The notes beneath the pieces are model-generated. The model ran no database searches, was not told where the DNA came from, and saw only the letters and a list, made by a program, of their open reading frames with translations. A stretch of DNA of 64,000 nt from Rhina ancylostomus (lineage: Eukaryota), in assembly GCA_030265395.1 (NCBI GenBank), contig JARFYF010000050.1, positions 26,411,243 through 26,475,242 of the forward strand, in the 5' to 3' direction. Numbering within the stretch: the first letter of the stretch is position 1; each line of letters begins with the position of its first letter. This document shows positions 1-13,320 of this stretch, piece by piece. The translations under genes and the position numbers were made by a program.

Positions 1-56
1 AACAGTATGCAAGACAAGCCAAGGTACAGTGACAATAATAAACCAATACCAATACC
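1..56 (+). mobile_element. 3' tail remnant of a Rex/Babar-type LINE (runs off the window edge)
   Basis: GTGACAATAATAAACCAATACCAATACC: AATAAA plus a short tandem tail. The same tail type occurs in reverse at 62208-62235. Confidence 0.45.
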
Positions 57-239
57 TTCTTCCTCCTATTAGCTGCTTGGTGGCTAACTACCACTTATGA
101 TGAGATGTGGTAGGTTCTTTGGTTGTGGGACCACTTGACTGTAGACAGCTGATCTTGCCTTAGAAAGGAATCATAATTAAATTAAAATTCAAAGGGAAAT
201 GAAAGTAGAAACTTTGGAAAAGCAACGTTGCCAGAATGA

Positions 240-1220
240 ATTAGATTCAGAATCAGGTTTATTATCACTGACATATGTCACAAAATGTGTTGTTTTGTAG
301 CAGTAGTACAGGTGCAAGACTTAGAAACATAAGAACTACCGTAAGTTACAAAAATAAATAATGCAAAAGAGGAATAACACGATAGTGTTCATTGGTTCAT
401 GGACCATTCAAAAATCTGATGGCGGAAGGGAAGAAGCTGTTCCTGAAACATTGACTGTGGGTCTTCAGGCTTCTGTACCTCCTCCCCAATGGTAGTAATG
501 AGAAGAGGACATGTCCTGGGTGGTGAGGGTCCTTAATGATGGATGCCACCTTCTTGAGGAACTGCCTCTCGAAGATTTCTTTGATGGTGGGGAGGGTTGC
601 ACCTGTGATGGAGCTGGCTGAGTCTACAACCCTCTGTGGCCTCTTTTGATCCTGCACATTGGAGCCTACATACTGGTGTGCCTTCTTCATAATTGCATCA
701 ATGTGTTGCGCCTAAGATAGATCCTCTGAGATGTTGACACCCAGGAACTTGAAGTTGCTCACCCTTTCCACCACTGACCCACAATGAAGACTCATGGGTG
801 TTTACCCAACCTCCCCTTCCTGAAGTCCACAACTGATTCCTTGGTCTTGTTGATGTTGAGTGCGAGGTCATTGTTGCAACACCACTCAACCAGCCAATCA
901 ATCTCACTCCTGTATGCAACCTCATTGCCATCTGAGATTCTGCCAACATAGTGGTGTCATCAATGAATTAATAGATGGCGTTTGAGCTGTGCCAGCCACA
1001 CAGTCCTGAGTGTAAGGAGAGCAGAGCAGTGGGTTTAACACACATCCTTGAGGTGTGCCTGTGTTGATCGTCAGCGAGGAGGAGATGTTACTACTGATCT
1101 GCACTGACTGTCATCTCCTGCTAAGGAAGCTGAGGATCCAGTTGCAGAGGGAGGGACATAGGCCCATGATTTGAAGCTTGTTGATTAGTACTGAGGAGGT
1201 GATGGTATTGAACGCCGAGC
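240..1220 (-). mobile_element. 5'-truncated Rex1/Babar-clade LINE (RT C-terminal half plus 3' UTR), decayed
   Basis: ORF 922-1104 has TINTGTPQGCVLNPLL (RT motif). ORF 397-690 has IIKDPHHPGHVLFSLLPLGRRYRSLKTHSQCFRNSFFPSAIRFLN (typical Rex/Babar ORF end). AATAAA and a GATTCT-type tail lie near 240-265. Confidence 0.85.
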
Positions 1221-1947
1221 GCTCATGAGATATAATGAGCTCATGAGAGCTCCTGATGAGAAATAAGCATTGAATTTTCTGTTAATCACATATGGAAGAA
1301 ATGCAGTTTGGTTATCTGGCAGCACCACAGAGAATCGCTCACTAGCTACAGAGTGTTCATCAATGCATTCCAGACTTCCATGTTTCTACTGCAGTGTAGA
1401 AGATGGAAGTGTGTATCTGACATCTGGACCTGCCCTCTGGCTCTGCAACCAGCCAGTATCTGTGCCCACAATTTTACAGCAAGCATAACCATCTGGTGCA
1501 GTTCCATTAATTGGAATGGGATCAACAAACATCATACAAAAAGTCATTTTAGGTAAGTCCTGCATTTATTTGTCTGTACTTCGCAGTATATTCATTCTAA
1601 TTATTAACAGCAATTAATGTGGTTTTCAAATATAGTTATTATATTATATATTTTTTCAAATATTTCTCTGATCATCAGATCATCAAAGGCCTTCTGAAAA
1701 CACAAGTATCAGAAAGGCATGAGGGCAGGTCACGGGCAGATCTTGTTGCTTAGGATCTGCTCACCACTGCGGACTTTTCCACCACACAGAACTGCTGCAG
1801 CAAAATTACTGGGAGCTGCCTGAGCTGCTTGGCTACAAACATTTAGTCTGGATGTAGGAATAGCATGGGGTGTGCTTATGAATCATAGGATGGGTCTAAC
1901 TCAATCTGGATCAATCTGAACCACAACTATTTTCTCCTCTTATACCT

Positions 1948-2055
1948 TGGGCATGCTATGTTTGCGCCAGAAGCGTGGCGACACTTGCGCGCTGTACCCA
2001 GAACACTTGATGCAAAAGATGTATTTCACTATGTGTTTCGATGTATATGTGACTT
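1948..2055 (+). mobile_element. short SINE-like repeat fragment ending in a Rex-type 3' tail
   Basis: CpG-rich GGGCATGCTATGTTTGCGCCAGAAGCGTGGCGACACTTGCG followed by TTTCACTATGTGTTTCGATGTATATGTGAC, which resembles the tail of the Rex copies. Confidence 0.4.
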
Positions 2056-4589
2056 TGAAATTCCCAGATCTTAATCTGGGAACTTCAAAGCCGAATGAAG
2101 TCCCTGCCACTGGTCAGGTTGAGACCAGCAATACAGTATAGACCTGAGAATTAACCTGGCTCATGCTATGTGAGAGAATCAGATATCAGTGCCAACCCAG
2201 GAGACAGCAAAATCTGCAAATTCAAGTGTTATCATTTTTTCCTTGAGTCCACAATTATTTTGATCGAACAGTGTTTGTATCTGCTAACAAAAAAGTGTGT
2301 GTAACATCTGTATCATCTGGTATAAGTTCCTTTGAGTGGGACATGGGTTTTAACTAACTGAAAGGTTGTTTGGAAAGATCAAATAATAAAAAAAACTTCA
2401 CCTCTTGTTTTCAAGCTGTCATTGTTACCGTAACTTTCAACCCACATCATTGAAGGAATAGTGTGTGGCATTAATGCAAGTCATGTTTCATATATTACCT
2501 CACAATTGATCCATAAGATCAGAGTATATTTTGCTAATGTCAGTGCATGCACCTTTCAAAGGAAATGTGCAGCAATATTTGGGTGCTGTTGCTATGGAGC
2601 TTTTAAAGAGGATCACTCACTAAGCTCTAATTTGTTATCCTGACAAACTGTAAATGAAAACATGATGCAGAACTTTCTTTCTGTAGGTAATGTTATAAAT
2701 GCTTTTTCTTTCACAGTAATTTGTCCAATCACTGAGGTAACTTCCTTGATACTTATTGAGTATGAATGAAAAAATGATCTAATAAATTATAGGTTCCCAG
2801 CAGCCATTCCAGCTCTTGAAACAGTGACCACTGACAGATGAGACCTCAGGCCACTTTCTGCTCACTTGGTTAATTGTGATGCTCATGTGTTATCATTGAT
2901 TGTATTGATTGCCTTTGGGAGATGGGTAGAATAATGACTTGATTGTAAATTTATCCTGATAATTTCTCCAATACATCAGTTATGTGAAATCTTGAAATTC
3001 TCAGCTAACCAATTGAGATTATAAATAATTTAATTGAGTGAATACGTTTTCTAATGGGAGGGCAAATATTTGTTGCCACAAAGATAGACTCAGCACAGCA
3101 TTATTATCTAAATATGATGATTGGTAACTGAGACCCACATGAGAATGACCAATTCCAAATTCCCTCTCTGTGGAGAGATGAAAAAGGGAATTTTCCAAAG
3201 ATTAGTACTTTGATATTGAACAGCAAGTTTGAGAAAGGGTGGCCAACAGTGGTCACTCAACCTAATGTTCTGCAAGTTTCACATGCATTTAAAAGGAATT
3301 CAGTCCAACATGTGTATGTGGTACTTTTAAAGAATTTATTTAACCCATTCCTAATTTTAGCTTATTCAATATTAGGTTAGCTGGAACTGGTATGCATGAA
3401 TAAATGTAAATGTCATGGAATTTATCCTGTGTAATTATGGCTTCTAACTATGTACGTTATGGTCAGTTAACTGCATTCTCCAAAGGCCTTATTCCAACAG
3501 CAAGTATGAATTTATGATGTCTATTGGCACCATTTATAAGAATTATATTGAAAGTTCTCCCAACAATGTCTGGGAGCAATTATACTGGAGTGCACTAGAA
3601 ATGCATTCTGGGACCCGTGGCTCAGCACACAAATATGCTCTCAGACCTAACTAAAATAAAAGGTGAACATGGGGACTTTACTGGCTGCAGATGGGACCTT
3701 GAAGGAAGTCTTGGTATTGTTTGGTCTCAAAGGCAAATCATTAAAAGAGGCAGGCTGTTAAAATCTGTACATGAAGCTTTTCTTGGCTAGTTTGGGACAG
3801 GACTTCTATATGAATATTTTGAATGAAAATTGTTATGTTCTTAAAGTAATGTATGTATGCCAGATGCCATGAATTTTATGTAACCGGGCTTTGTGTAAAT
3901 TTAAAGCTTCCATGTGAATGGATACTTTCCGCTGTGACACACCTGTGTTGGTAAAAGAGCCAAAAGCAGCCATCTGGGAACCCCAGGAGTTTGCCTTGGC
4001 AGAAGTGCTGTTAAGGGGGTACCCCATGTTACTAAGAAATAAATGGAAGAACAGGGAAAGCACAAGTGGTTGCTGCCTTTGCTGTAAAGTTCCTTTGATT
4101 TAAGCCAGATGAAATGGAATAGGAGGTAAAAGAAACCAGATAATTCTGACATCGTGTTTGGGAAAGAGTTGCTTGTTGACCTAGATATTCGACAAGCTTG
4201 TAGGGTTGCTTTCATGCATTTGGCTGTGTATGGATAGCACAGTACTGAACATGGCTTCCAGCAGCACATTCCTTCTTGGACCAAGTTATCCAATGACACA
4301 TACAGTGTGCTATATTGGCAGCAGTGGCAACTGTGGTTTCATGTTTTGCTTTGATCAGTTTGTCTCTGAACTATATGTTTTTCCAAGTTAAATCTGAATT
4401 CAAAGGCTTCTTGCATACATTTACTGGAGGTGTTTCCTGGAATTTCTGAACACAACAAAGCAAGGAATTGAGCAGCTCAGTCCAGCAGATTTTCATTGTT
4501 AAGTGACATAGAAATTATTAGTCAAAGAAAAGCCAGGGCCCACTTTGCTGTTCTTGAATCAGTAAACATTGTAAAATTGAAATAATTGA

Positions 4590-5950
4590 AAACTTTGCTG
4601 CCCATGTTCTACTTCAAGTGACACTCACCCTTCCCTTTGTGTTTACTGACTGACAGGGCCCCTGTTTAAGCCACACTGTCATTTTAAAATTCCAGTCTTT
4701 GTTTTCAAATCCCTCCATGATATCANNNNNCTTTATCTCAATAATTCCCTCCAGCCTTCAGCATCACCAAAATATTTGTGCATCTTTGATTCTGGCTTCA
4801 TGAGCATCCTCTATTTAATCACTTCACCATGGGCAACTTGGCTTCAGTTGCTAAAACCCTAACCTCTGGAATTCCCCTTTTAAACCGCTATGCTTTTCAG
4901 ATGATACTTGAAACCTACCTCCTTGATGAATCTATTGGGCATCTGAACATAAGAACATAAGAAATTGGAGCAGGAGTAGATCATTTGGCCCATTGAACCT
5001 GCTCAGCCATTCAATAAGATCATGGCTGATCTGGCCCTGAACTCAGTTGCACCTACCTGCCTTTTCCCCATAACTCTTAATTTCCCCCCACTATGCAAAA
5101 ATCTATCTAATTGCATCTTAAATATATTTAATGAGGTAGCCTCTACAGCTTCCTTGCGCGGAGAATTCCACAGACTTACTCCTATCTGGGAAAAGCAGTT
5201 CTCCACATCTCCATCTTAAATCTACTCCCACGAAACTTGAGGCTAGATCCCCTAGTTCTAGTCTCACCTACCAGTGGAAACAAATTTTCTGCCTCTATCT
5301 TATTTATCCCTTTCTTAATTTTATATGTTTCTATAAGATCCCCTCTCATTCTTCTGAATTCCAATGAGTATAGTCCCAGGCGACTCAATCTCTCCTCATT
5401 GGCTAACCCCCTTATCTCTGGTATCAACCTGGTGAACCTCCTCTGCACCGCCTCTGAAGCCAGTGTATCTTTTCTCAAGTCAGGAGACCAGAACTGCACA
5501 CAGTACTCCAGGTGCAGCCTCACCAGTACTGTGTACAGTTGCAGTATAACCTCCCTGCTCTTAAATGCAATCCCTTAGCAATGGAGGCCAACATTTCATT
5601 TGCCTTCTTGATAACCTGTTGCACCTGCAACCCAACCTTTTGCAATTCATGCACAAAACATTCCCAAGTCCCTCTGCACAACAGCATGTTGCAATCTTTC
5701 ACCATTTAAATAATAATCTTATTTTCTATTTTTCATTCCAAAGTGGATGACCTTGCATTTACCAGCATTGTACTCCATCCGCTAGACCCTTGTCCACTCA
5801 CTTAACCTATCTATATTTCTATTTAAACAGAGTTATCTCCTTCTATATCTCCTCTAATATCTCCTCAAATGGCTTGGTTTCAATGTCTCTTTTTAATAAT
5901 GCTCCTGCAAAGCAGTTTGAGACAGTTTTGTGCTGTATAAAAGTAGAAAT
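4590..5950 (+). mobile_element. L2-clade LINE 3' end, split by a CR1 insertion (pieces ~4590-4946 and ~5850-5950)
   Basis: TTTTAAAATTCCAGTCTTTGTTTTCAAATCCCTCCATG...CTCTGGAATTCCC...AAACCTACCTCCTTGA resembles the L2 ORF2 end (FKIL..VFKSLH..LWNSLP..KTYLF). The tail resumes at CTAATATCTCCT...ATAATGCTCCTG. Confidence 0.65.
4947..5820 (-). mobile_element. CR1 (HER1-like) LINE 3' fragment
   Basis: ORF 5182-5523 reads RLHLEYCVQFWSP..AVQRRFTRLIP..RLSRLGLYSLEFRRMRGDLIETYKI, the classic CR1 ORF2 C-terminus. The (TTCTTATG)n tail reads AACATAAGAACATAAGAA on the + strand. Confidence 0.92.
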
Positions 5951-7061
5951 TATTATTTTATTTGCCCAACACAATCATGATGAATTGGTGGCTAATCAGA
6001 AAAGCCAAATGATGTCAATGAGTTTACAAGAGCTGCAGACAAGAGGTGGGGGAAACCCCAGTGTTGGAGAGTTCTGTGAAACAGAGAATTACAGACACCA
6101 AGTATATATACTTACCACATGCTTTAATTTACTCATATTCTATCCAAGGTATACATCTTTTTCAGTCCTTCTCATTGTTTTGTTCTCTCTCATAACTGTT
6201 CTGCTTGCCATTTTGAGTGCTGTATGTGCAGCCTGTAAATCAAGCTCATAATCTCTCTTTCCCTTTATCTCNNNNNNNNNNNNNNNNNNNNNNNNNNNNN
6301 NNNNNNNNNNNNNNNNNNNNNNNNNNNNNNNNNNNNNNNNNNNNNNNNNNNNNNNNNNNNNNNNNNNNNNNTTAATCTATCCTTCACTGTTCTCACTTGA
6401 CAGGAAAAATTAACATAAGGTCCTGGGACACATATAATTGAGAATAATAAAATGTAATCACAATTACATCTGAAGAATTTTTCAAGTGAATGCCATCTCA
6501 CTTACATTCAGTACATGAAATATAAAGTTTAGGCACCAAAATATGTTTAATGTCCCAGATACGTGGCTTTGATCCTGGAGTGGCTCACATTTCAACATTT
6601 GTATTACAATGGGGACAGGATGGAACAGAGCATTTTGCGGTTATCTGGAATCCCTCTGTGATCTCTTGCGGGGGGGGGGGTGCTCTGTTACATGGCATCA
6701 CTTCCTTGATATTCTCCATTCTCTCTCATCCATTGTTCATACCCTTGCCTCCCCATCCATTCCCATTTGCCCCATTCCACATTATGCCCCCAGTCTCTAA
6801 TGTTTCACTTACCACATATCCTCCCAACCCCATACATTATCCTCTGTCGGGATACATTTCATTATTCAGCCTGGTCTCCCATGTTCTCATTGCTATCTTC
6901 TGAAGGTCAATTAGAGGTGGCAATAAATGCTGCCCTTGTCAGCAACACCCAGATTCCCAAAGTGAATAAAATAAACCTACTTGAGGCATTACCCTTCACC
7001 TTTCTCTTCTCTCTGCATTTCCTAATTGCTCAAGCCTTCACACCTACAGCTTCTTAAATCA

Positions 7062-7361
7062 CTAAGGACCCTCACCATCTGGGGCATGCCCTCTTCTCAT
7101 TACTACCATCAGGGAGGAGGTACAGGAGCCTGAAGACCCATACTCAACGATTCAGAAACAGCTTCTTCACTTCTGCCATCAGACTTCTGAACAGTCTGTG
7201 AATCCGTGAACACTACCTCTTTATTCCTTTTTTTTGCACTATTGGTTTACTTATTTTTGAAATTTATAATAATCTTATGTCTTTGTAGTGGACTGCTGTC
7301 ATAAAACAACAAATTTCAGATCACATATCAGTGACAATAAATCTGATTCTGATTCTGATTC
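7062..7361 (+). mobile_element. Rex/Babar LINE 3' end
   Basis: KDPHHLGHALFSLLPSGRRYRSLKTHTQRFRNSFF-coding segment, ending AATAAATCTGATTCTGATTCTGATTC. Same family as 240-1220. Confidence 0.85.
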
Positions 7362-9049
7362 AGTCTCTCCCACTATCAGCTTGAACCTTTCCATGCCATC
7401 CCTCCCCAGCACTTACTGCCCCATTAGACCATCCACATATCCCATCATTTTTCATAGTACCTCCATTTCGACCTACACCCCATCCTAGCTTATCCTTCAC
7501 TTCCATATCCCCAGCTCTCACATCCCCACCACCTCCCTCAGATTAAGGATTCTTCCCCTTCAAAGTGAACCGGCAGCTCCCCCTCAGCCCCATCACCCAA
7601 TCTCATCTGCACCTCAATATTCTCTCCTACTCCATCTCTCTTCTTAGCCACAGACCTTCTCTCTCCCCAATGAGAATTTTGTTAGAGGCAATTTGATGTA
7701 TTTGGGAATGAGGTGTTGCTCCAAAATCTAATAGGTTCTTTACACTGAAGAGGTGGAGAATCAGCATGGAGTTGGTGTGATTGGTGGAAATTAAAGTGTG
7801 GTAGATTATGACGATCTGCAGAAACCGATTCTATACATTAGATACAATGTACCTGTTACCAGAGAGGTTAATGTTAAGAACTGCTGGAAGGACAGTGGCA
7901 AGGCTGAAGATGGCTCCTTGGAGAAGGACCCAGCCCAGGATGGAGAGGAGGAGTGGAAAAGTAAATCTAGTAGCTGAAGAGGATTCAATAATTAGAGAGT
8001 GAGATACTCTTCTTTACAAATGGAATTTTTACCATGTGGAGGGATGTATTGGAGGTGGAAGGGAGGAAAGAATATGCAAGAGGTACAGCAGCTGGTAGCA
8101 ACAAAAAAACAAGACCTCAGGTGCTTTAAATTCTGGATTATTAGCTGATCCACTCAGAAATTGAAGCAGCAACAAGTAGGCTAGGGAGAGGAGCATAGCT
8201 GAAGATGTGGTACAGGAAAGAGACTTTCCATTTCGAGTGTCACGGGCACTAGTTCTACAACAGGAGTAAGTGTATTATTGGCAGCAAGTCCATCTGAAAC
8301 CATCTGAAGCAGAGTTCTAGCAGAAAGAACATTGCTGTCACAAAGGCCCAGAATTTCTTTCATGCACTGTGACCCTCTTGTCCACTACGCAAAGGAATTT
8401 TATCAAAAACCTGATTGTTATCACACCTGGTCTCCTTCAGGTCCTCCACCAGAGGACCCAAGCCAGATTTATGCTCAGCTCCCTTCACCTAACAGTTGAA
8501 TTCACTGTCAAACACCAGCTGCAGACCTCACTTGATTGTGACCCTGTTTCATTTCCATGACCCATGGTCCTGGTATATACAGCTTGACTAAAGCCTAATC
8601 CTTCCTGTCTTGAGTCCTGGATTCTCTCAGCTATGATCACAACAGTGATTGATAACCAACCTAAGTTCACCTGCTAGCTCCTCCATTGAGAGATGGTGGT
8701 GTGAACTTAAATGTGTAAGACTGTTTCAATTGTGCGCAATAGCTTGGGCCTCAGACGCTTGTAATACTACAGGTGTCCCAGGCACAAAGCATGTTTGGCC
8801 CACTGCCATTTACAGGTTTTACATGACTTTTGAGGCACTGAGCTATTTCTAGGCCAAAGACTTTAAACTAGCAATTGCTTGAAAGGGCTCTTTGGGAAAA
8901 GATTTTATTACCAATAATTCAAAACAAATGAAAAGGAATACTTGTCAGAAATAGTGCTTCAGGCACTATTGCAGAAATTGCACTGCAGGCAAGAGGAAAA
9001 CTAAAGGGTAAAAAGAAATCAAAACTGGACAGGAGAAATAAGAAATGTG

Positions 9050-9990
9050 TCGAGAATGACTGGAGGAGAATAGGTCAAACCATGATTTATAAGAAAATGA
9101 TATTTTTTACAAACACACTGAGGGTAAAGAAGAAATTCAATGAATTGTGGAGCAAATTCAATTTAGTCAATATGATGCAGCAGTCATTGCTGAGACATGG
9201 ATGCAAGTTGATCAGGCCTAGAACTAAATGATGTGGTTGTTTTTGCAGGAAAGGTAGGGAAAATGCTGGAGGATGTGGAACAGTCTTAGTAATTTGGAGG
9301 ATGCGGAACATCCTTAGTAATTAAGGGTGAAATCACATCATAAAGGAGAGAAAATACAGAGATAAGTAAGCCATGATGACTTCATAGGTAAATTAGAAGG
9401 AAGGAGAGGACTCAAGATTCCAGTTTTTTGTGCAGCAATATCATTAAGTGCATAAAGCCCAACATGTTGCGTATGAATGAACCAGCCTTCCATGTCTGAG
9501 TACATACAAAAGTCTTTTAGTGAGGAAATTGTGAAGTGGCAGGGCACCGATCTGCATATAGTAAACATATACCAAAGGATGGGTTTAATTGGGACCTTAA
9601 CTTCCATATGAATTGGGATAAGCAAAGCAGCTCAGGTTTGAAGGAAAATACATTTCTGGATGGTGAATAGGACAGCACTCTTCTGCAATATATCCCAGAA
9701 ATAGTGAGGGAGCAAGCCACATTAGATTTAATGTTGATTAATGAGCCAGAATTAGTGAATAGCCTAAGGTGCATGAATATTTATCATATATTGATCATGT
9801 TCAATGTAGTGTCGAAGGAGGAGAGGAATACCATGGTTCTAGACCTGAGAAAGGCTGATTTTTCAGTTCTGAGACTGTGACTGCTAACAATAAACTGGGC
9901 AAAGCTACTAATGGGTAAAGCTGCAATGGGACAGTGGAAATGTTCAGAAAATAACTCACCATGATACATTGCAGATTTTTCCCATTAAGG
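9050..9990 (+). mobile_element. heavily decayed CR1 endonuclease-region remnant
   Basis: Degenerate residues of AIAETW, MGDFN (ATGGG...GACCTTAACTTCC), REQATLDLMLINEPELV and DHVQ motifs, with many stops and indels. Confidence 0.5.
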
Positions 9991-10189
9991 GCCATAATCT
10001 GCACTTGAAAGACCTAAGAAGTAAAGGAAAAAAATAAAACTTCAACAAAATTGCAGATGAAATGCATGTTTATGACATAGACCAAAATGAATAGGAGTTC
10101 CTGATAAAACAATCCATCAAATATAAAATGACATTGTACATTCAGCTTTTAAAGAATACTCTGCAAAGTTATACACTGCAAAATCTAAA

Positions 10190-10700
10190 ACCACTACACA
10201 ACTGTGTTCCCTATTGCTGGTTACATTCTCAAAGAACATTAGTAAGTTTATGAAACATGGTATTCAATTAATAAAACAATGTTGGCTCTGCCTAATTAGT
10301 ATACCCTTTTCAAAGTGTCCTTTGTCATAAGTTCTTTAAAAATAGATCCCAGCATTTTTTTCATGGCTGATGTTAGGCTAATTGACTGATACTTCCTGTT
10401 TACTCTCTCCTTCCTTTCCCGAATAGTGGTGAATCGAGTGAAAATTCAAAGATCACAATCAATGAATCCACAATCTCTGACACCACCTATTTTAGAACTC
10501 TGTGCTGCAAGCGGTTAGGTGCAAGGGATCTGTCAGTGTTTGGTCTCATTAGTTTACCTTGTTTTTTTCTTGTGATGTTGTTTCAAGTTCCTTTCTCTGA
10601 GTTGTTCCTTGTTTACCCACAACTTTTAGTGTCTCCTACTCTGAGGACAGATACAAAATACCTGTTTATTGTTTCAGACATGTTTGATTCACTATTTTAA
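10190..10700 (-). mobile_element. decayed CR1 RT remnant
   Basis: Reverse strand resembles the ...GNYRPISLTS... region (+ strand reads GATGTTAGGCTAATTGACTGATACTTCCTG), with an LNRYFVSV-like segment near 10640-10670. Confidence 0.45.
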
Positions 10701-10974
10701 ACTCCCCCAATTGACTTCACATAACTCATGAAAATTAAGTAAATCAAAACTGGTGTATTTTACAAGTGAAACTGAAGATTAGATTATTTGATGCTCAGCT
10801 ATCTCTTTTTATGTAATGTTAATGCTCATTTTTGATTGAATGACTGAACATGCATTTCTATGATCTGCATGCATTAATTTAGAATACTTTCAGATTGGTT
10901 ACATCGAGGGAAACGTAAATCAGAAGATCAAAAGTAGGTGTAGCAGTTCTCTCTTTAAGGTGCAATGTAAAGTG

Positions 10975-11650
10975 GTTCTTTTTTAAATGCAGTTATTTTT
11001 CAGGATGTGCATGTTGCTGACAAGTTCAGCATTTATTGCCCATCTTTAATTACCGGTGAGAACGTGCTTCTTGAACCAATGCAGTGCATCCAGTGAAAGT
11101 CTGATACTAAAGCCTTTTCTGTATTCAGTGGTCTTAGCCATTTCTTGATAACACATAGAGTGAAAGAAACTGGGTGAAGACTCGGTCTTACCATGGTGGG
11201 GATCCCAGGAGGAAGCAGAGATAGATCATCTAACCTTGCTGAACCTGGTTTCAAATATCTCAGCCTTGTCTTTAGCACTCATGTGCTGGGCCCTGCCATT
11301 ACTGAGGATGGGAAGGTTTACATCCTCCAGCTTAGCAATAGTCACAGCCTCCTGACTGAACCACAGACGGCTTGAGAGATATTCCATGCCACGAGGTTAC
11401 AGGATGTGGTGGTTTGCATTTCTGCTGCAGCTGCAGGTCCACAACTCCGCAACTATGAGCTGCCAGATCCGTTCTGAGTGTATCTCACTTAGCAAAATTG
11501 TAGTGGCACGTAACAAGATGTAGTGTGCCATTGGTGCAAGGACAGGACTGTGTCTTCACTAGGACTTTGAAGTGGTTACTCCAACCAATGCTGTCATGAG
11601 CAAATCCATCTGCATGGATGTAGTGATGAGGATGGGGTCAAATAGGATTA
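10975..11650 (-). mobile_element. CR1/L2-group LINE (GGCAATAAATGCTG-tail family), internally deleted and decayed
   Basis: Reverse-complement tail CAGCATTTATTGCCCATC. ORF 11033-11278 contains IKKWLRPLNTEKA. Same family as 54107-55850. Confidence 0.55.
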
Positions 11651-11869
11651 TCCTTTGTTTACTCTGCTTGCTTATACTGAAATAAATTGAGATAAACACC
11701 TTAATTGTATATGCATCAGACACTCTTCTTCCTATGTTTATATTTTTTTAGCAATAAGGACAGACTATTGAGTAAAATTGGTGTAATGCTATTTTGACTG
11801 ATGGAACTTAGTGAGTTGGAAGCTTCTCATCAGCCTCTGACTCTGCCTTAGGACCACTAAGGAAATGGT

Positions 11870-12043
11870 CAGTTGAGGTTTAGTTGATAATGCTTTTACC
11901 TCTGAGTTAGAAAGTTTTGGTTTAAATCCAACGATCACATGAATTAAGCTAACCCTCCTGCTCAACAGCAAGGGTGGCTCCATCTGTCCTCTCAGATGGA
12001 TGTAGAAGATCCCATTGTTATGGAAAGGATGAGCAGTTCACAG
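11870..12043 (+). mobile_element. SacSINE1/Deu-domain-like SINE (tRNA-like head plus part of Deu core), ends at gap
   Basis: Head TTTTACCTCTGAGTTAGAAAGTTTTGGTTTAAATCC and core CCATCTGTCCTCTCAGATGGATGTAGAAGATCCCATTG...GAGCAG. Confidence 0.55.
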
Positions 12044-12189
12044 NNNNNNNNNNNNNNNNNNNNNNNNNNNNNNNNNNNNNNNNNNNNNNNNNNATACTTA
12101 TGTCTGTCCTAAGAGGTTTGACTTTGCACTTTATAATGAGGCAGAAAACTAGGAACCCATAATTTAAAAATTTTATTCAGGTTGCCATA

Positions 12190-12495
12190 GTCACAGAGCC
12201 CTTCAGCCAGCTATGTTTCCACTGACCATCAAGCATCCATGGAGACCAGCCCCATTTTTTTTCCTTCTGACATCCATGTCGTGTCCCACTATTCTCCCGC
12301 TGCCCACCTACAGGGACAATTTACAGTGGCCAATGAACCCCCTATCATTTTTAGCTTGAGAGGAGCCAGGGGAAACCCACATAGTCACAAGGAAACTACG
12401 CAAACTCCAGACAGGTAACATCCAAGGTCAGAACAGAACCTGGGTCCTCAGACCCATGAGGCAGTAATGCTACCCACTCTGATGCTGTACCATTC
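12190..12495 (-). mobile_element. HE1-like tRNA-derived V-SINE with CR1-derived tail
   Basis: Reverse strand shows a tRNA-like head (TGGGTAGCATTACTGCCTCATGGGTCTGAGGACCCAGGTTC), a V-domain (GGAGTTTGCGTAGTTTCCTTGTGACTATGTGGGTTTCCCC...TAAATTGTCCC) and a CR1 tail (GGCTGAAGGGCTCTGTG). Confidence 0.75.
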
Positions 12496-13099
12496 CTGTT
12501 GTGTGCCACATCTTCTTTAAATTGTATCATCACTCTCATTGTTATTACAGGTCACTTAAATTATTCTACTTTCAAATCTTAACTTAGCTGATAGTTGCAA
12601 TGCACAAATGTTCTTCAGTTAATAAGTCTGGGCGTGCTTTTACAGTTTCAACTAACAAGGTCAACTTCTAATGACAGCACACTTGCCACTGACTGTGGCC
12701 AGTTTCAATAGTCACTTTGTTTGTACCTCCCATATAATTCTCATCATCCATTGCTGTGGCCACATGAACAGCTGGATGGTCAGTTTCTGGTTGGCCACCT
12801 GGGCCCTGCTCTCCTTCCTGACTGGTCATCTGTGCCATGTTTTTTCATTGTTATCTTGCTGTGTAGGCCCAGACTGGTTGAATCCTTTGAACAGTCTGTC
12901 ATGGACAGGTTTATCAGCCCACTGTCCATTTGTAATCATCCTTCAAGTCTTTTTTGAGCTGTAATATTTATCCTTTTAGGGGATGACGTTAGAATTGTTG
13001 AAAGGATCATTCTGCGTGAGTGAAATCACACAACATTTAGAATATCTGGGAACTATTGCAAGGGGTATAGGGGTGGTGTTTGCTTTTCAAAAGTCTAAA

Positions 13100-13320
13100 C
13101 AGCGATTATACTTCAAAAGAATTTTGGTAGCTGTAAGGCACTCTGAAATGTCCTTAAAAGGATGTGAAAGGTGATAGATAAATGTAGGTTTTTATCAGAC
13201 CAGATTTTGCTGTGGGAGAGACTCTAATGGCTGGTTCTGGATTAGTTGATAACACTTCTACCTTAGAATTAGAAAGTTTTGGTTGAAGTCCCATTCCTGA
13301 GACTTGAACACAGAAGGCTG
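13100..13320 (+). mobile_element. Deu-SINE fragments (3' tail ~13100-13190; new head ~13240-13320)
   Basis: L2-type tail CTGTAAGGCACTCTGAAATGTCC...GTGAAAGGTGATAGATAAATG and head GGTTGAAGTCCCATTCCTGAGACTTGAACAC. Confidence 0.5.

Noticed and set aside
1308-1558. + strand ORF ending at a strong AG/GTAAGT donor
   Set aside because: It is isolated, no peptide is recognisable in any frame and there is no convincing partner exon.
6116-6231. Minus-strand AG...GTAAGT-bounded exon-like segment
   Set aside because: Stops occur in all three frames. At most it is a non-coding exon, with no other support.
5790-6251. 153-aa ORF with a hydrophobic C-terminus
   Set aside because: It starts in CR1/L2 tail sequence, has a non-ATG start and has no recognisable domain.
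12400-12495. tRNA-like A/B-box sequence
   Set aside because: It is the degenerate head of a V-SINE and does not form a cloverleaf.
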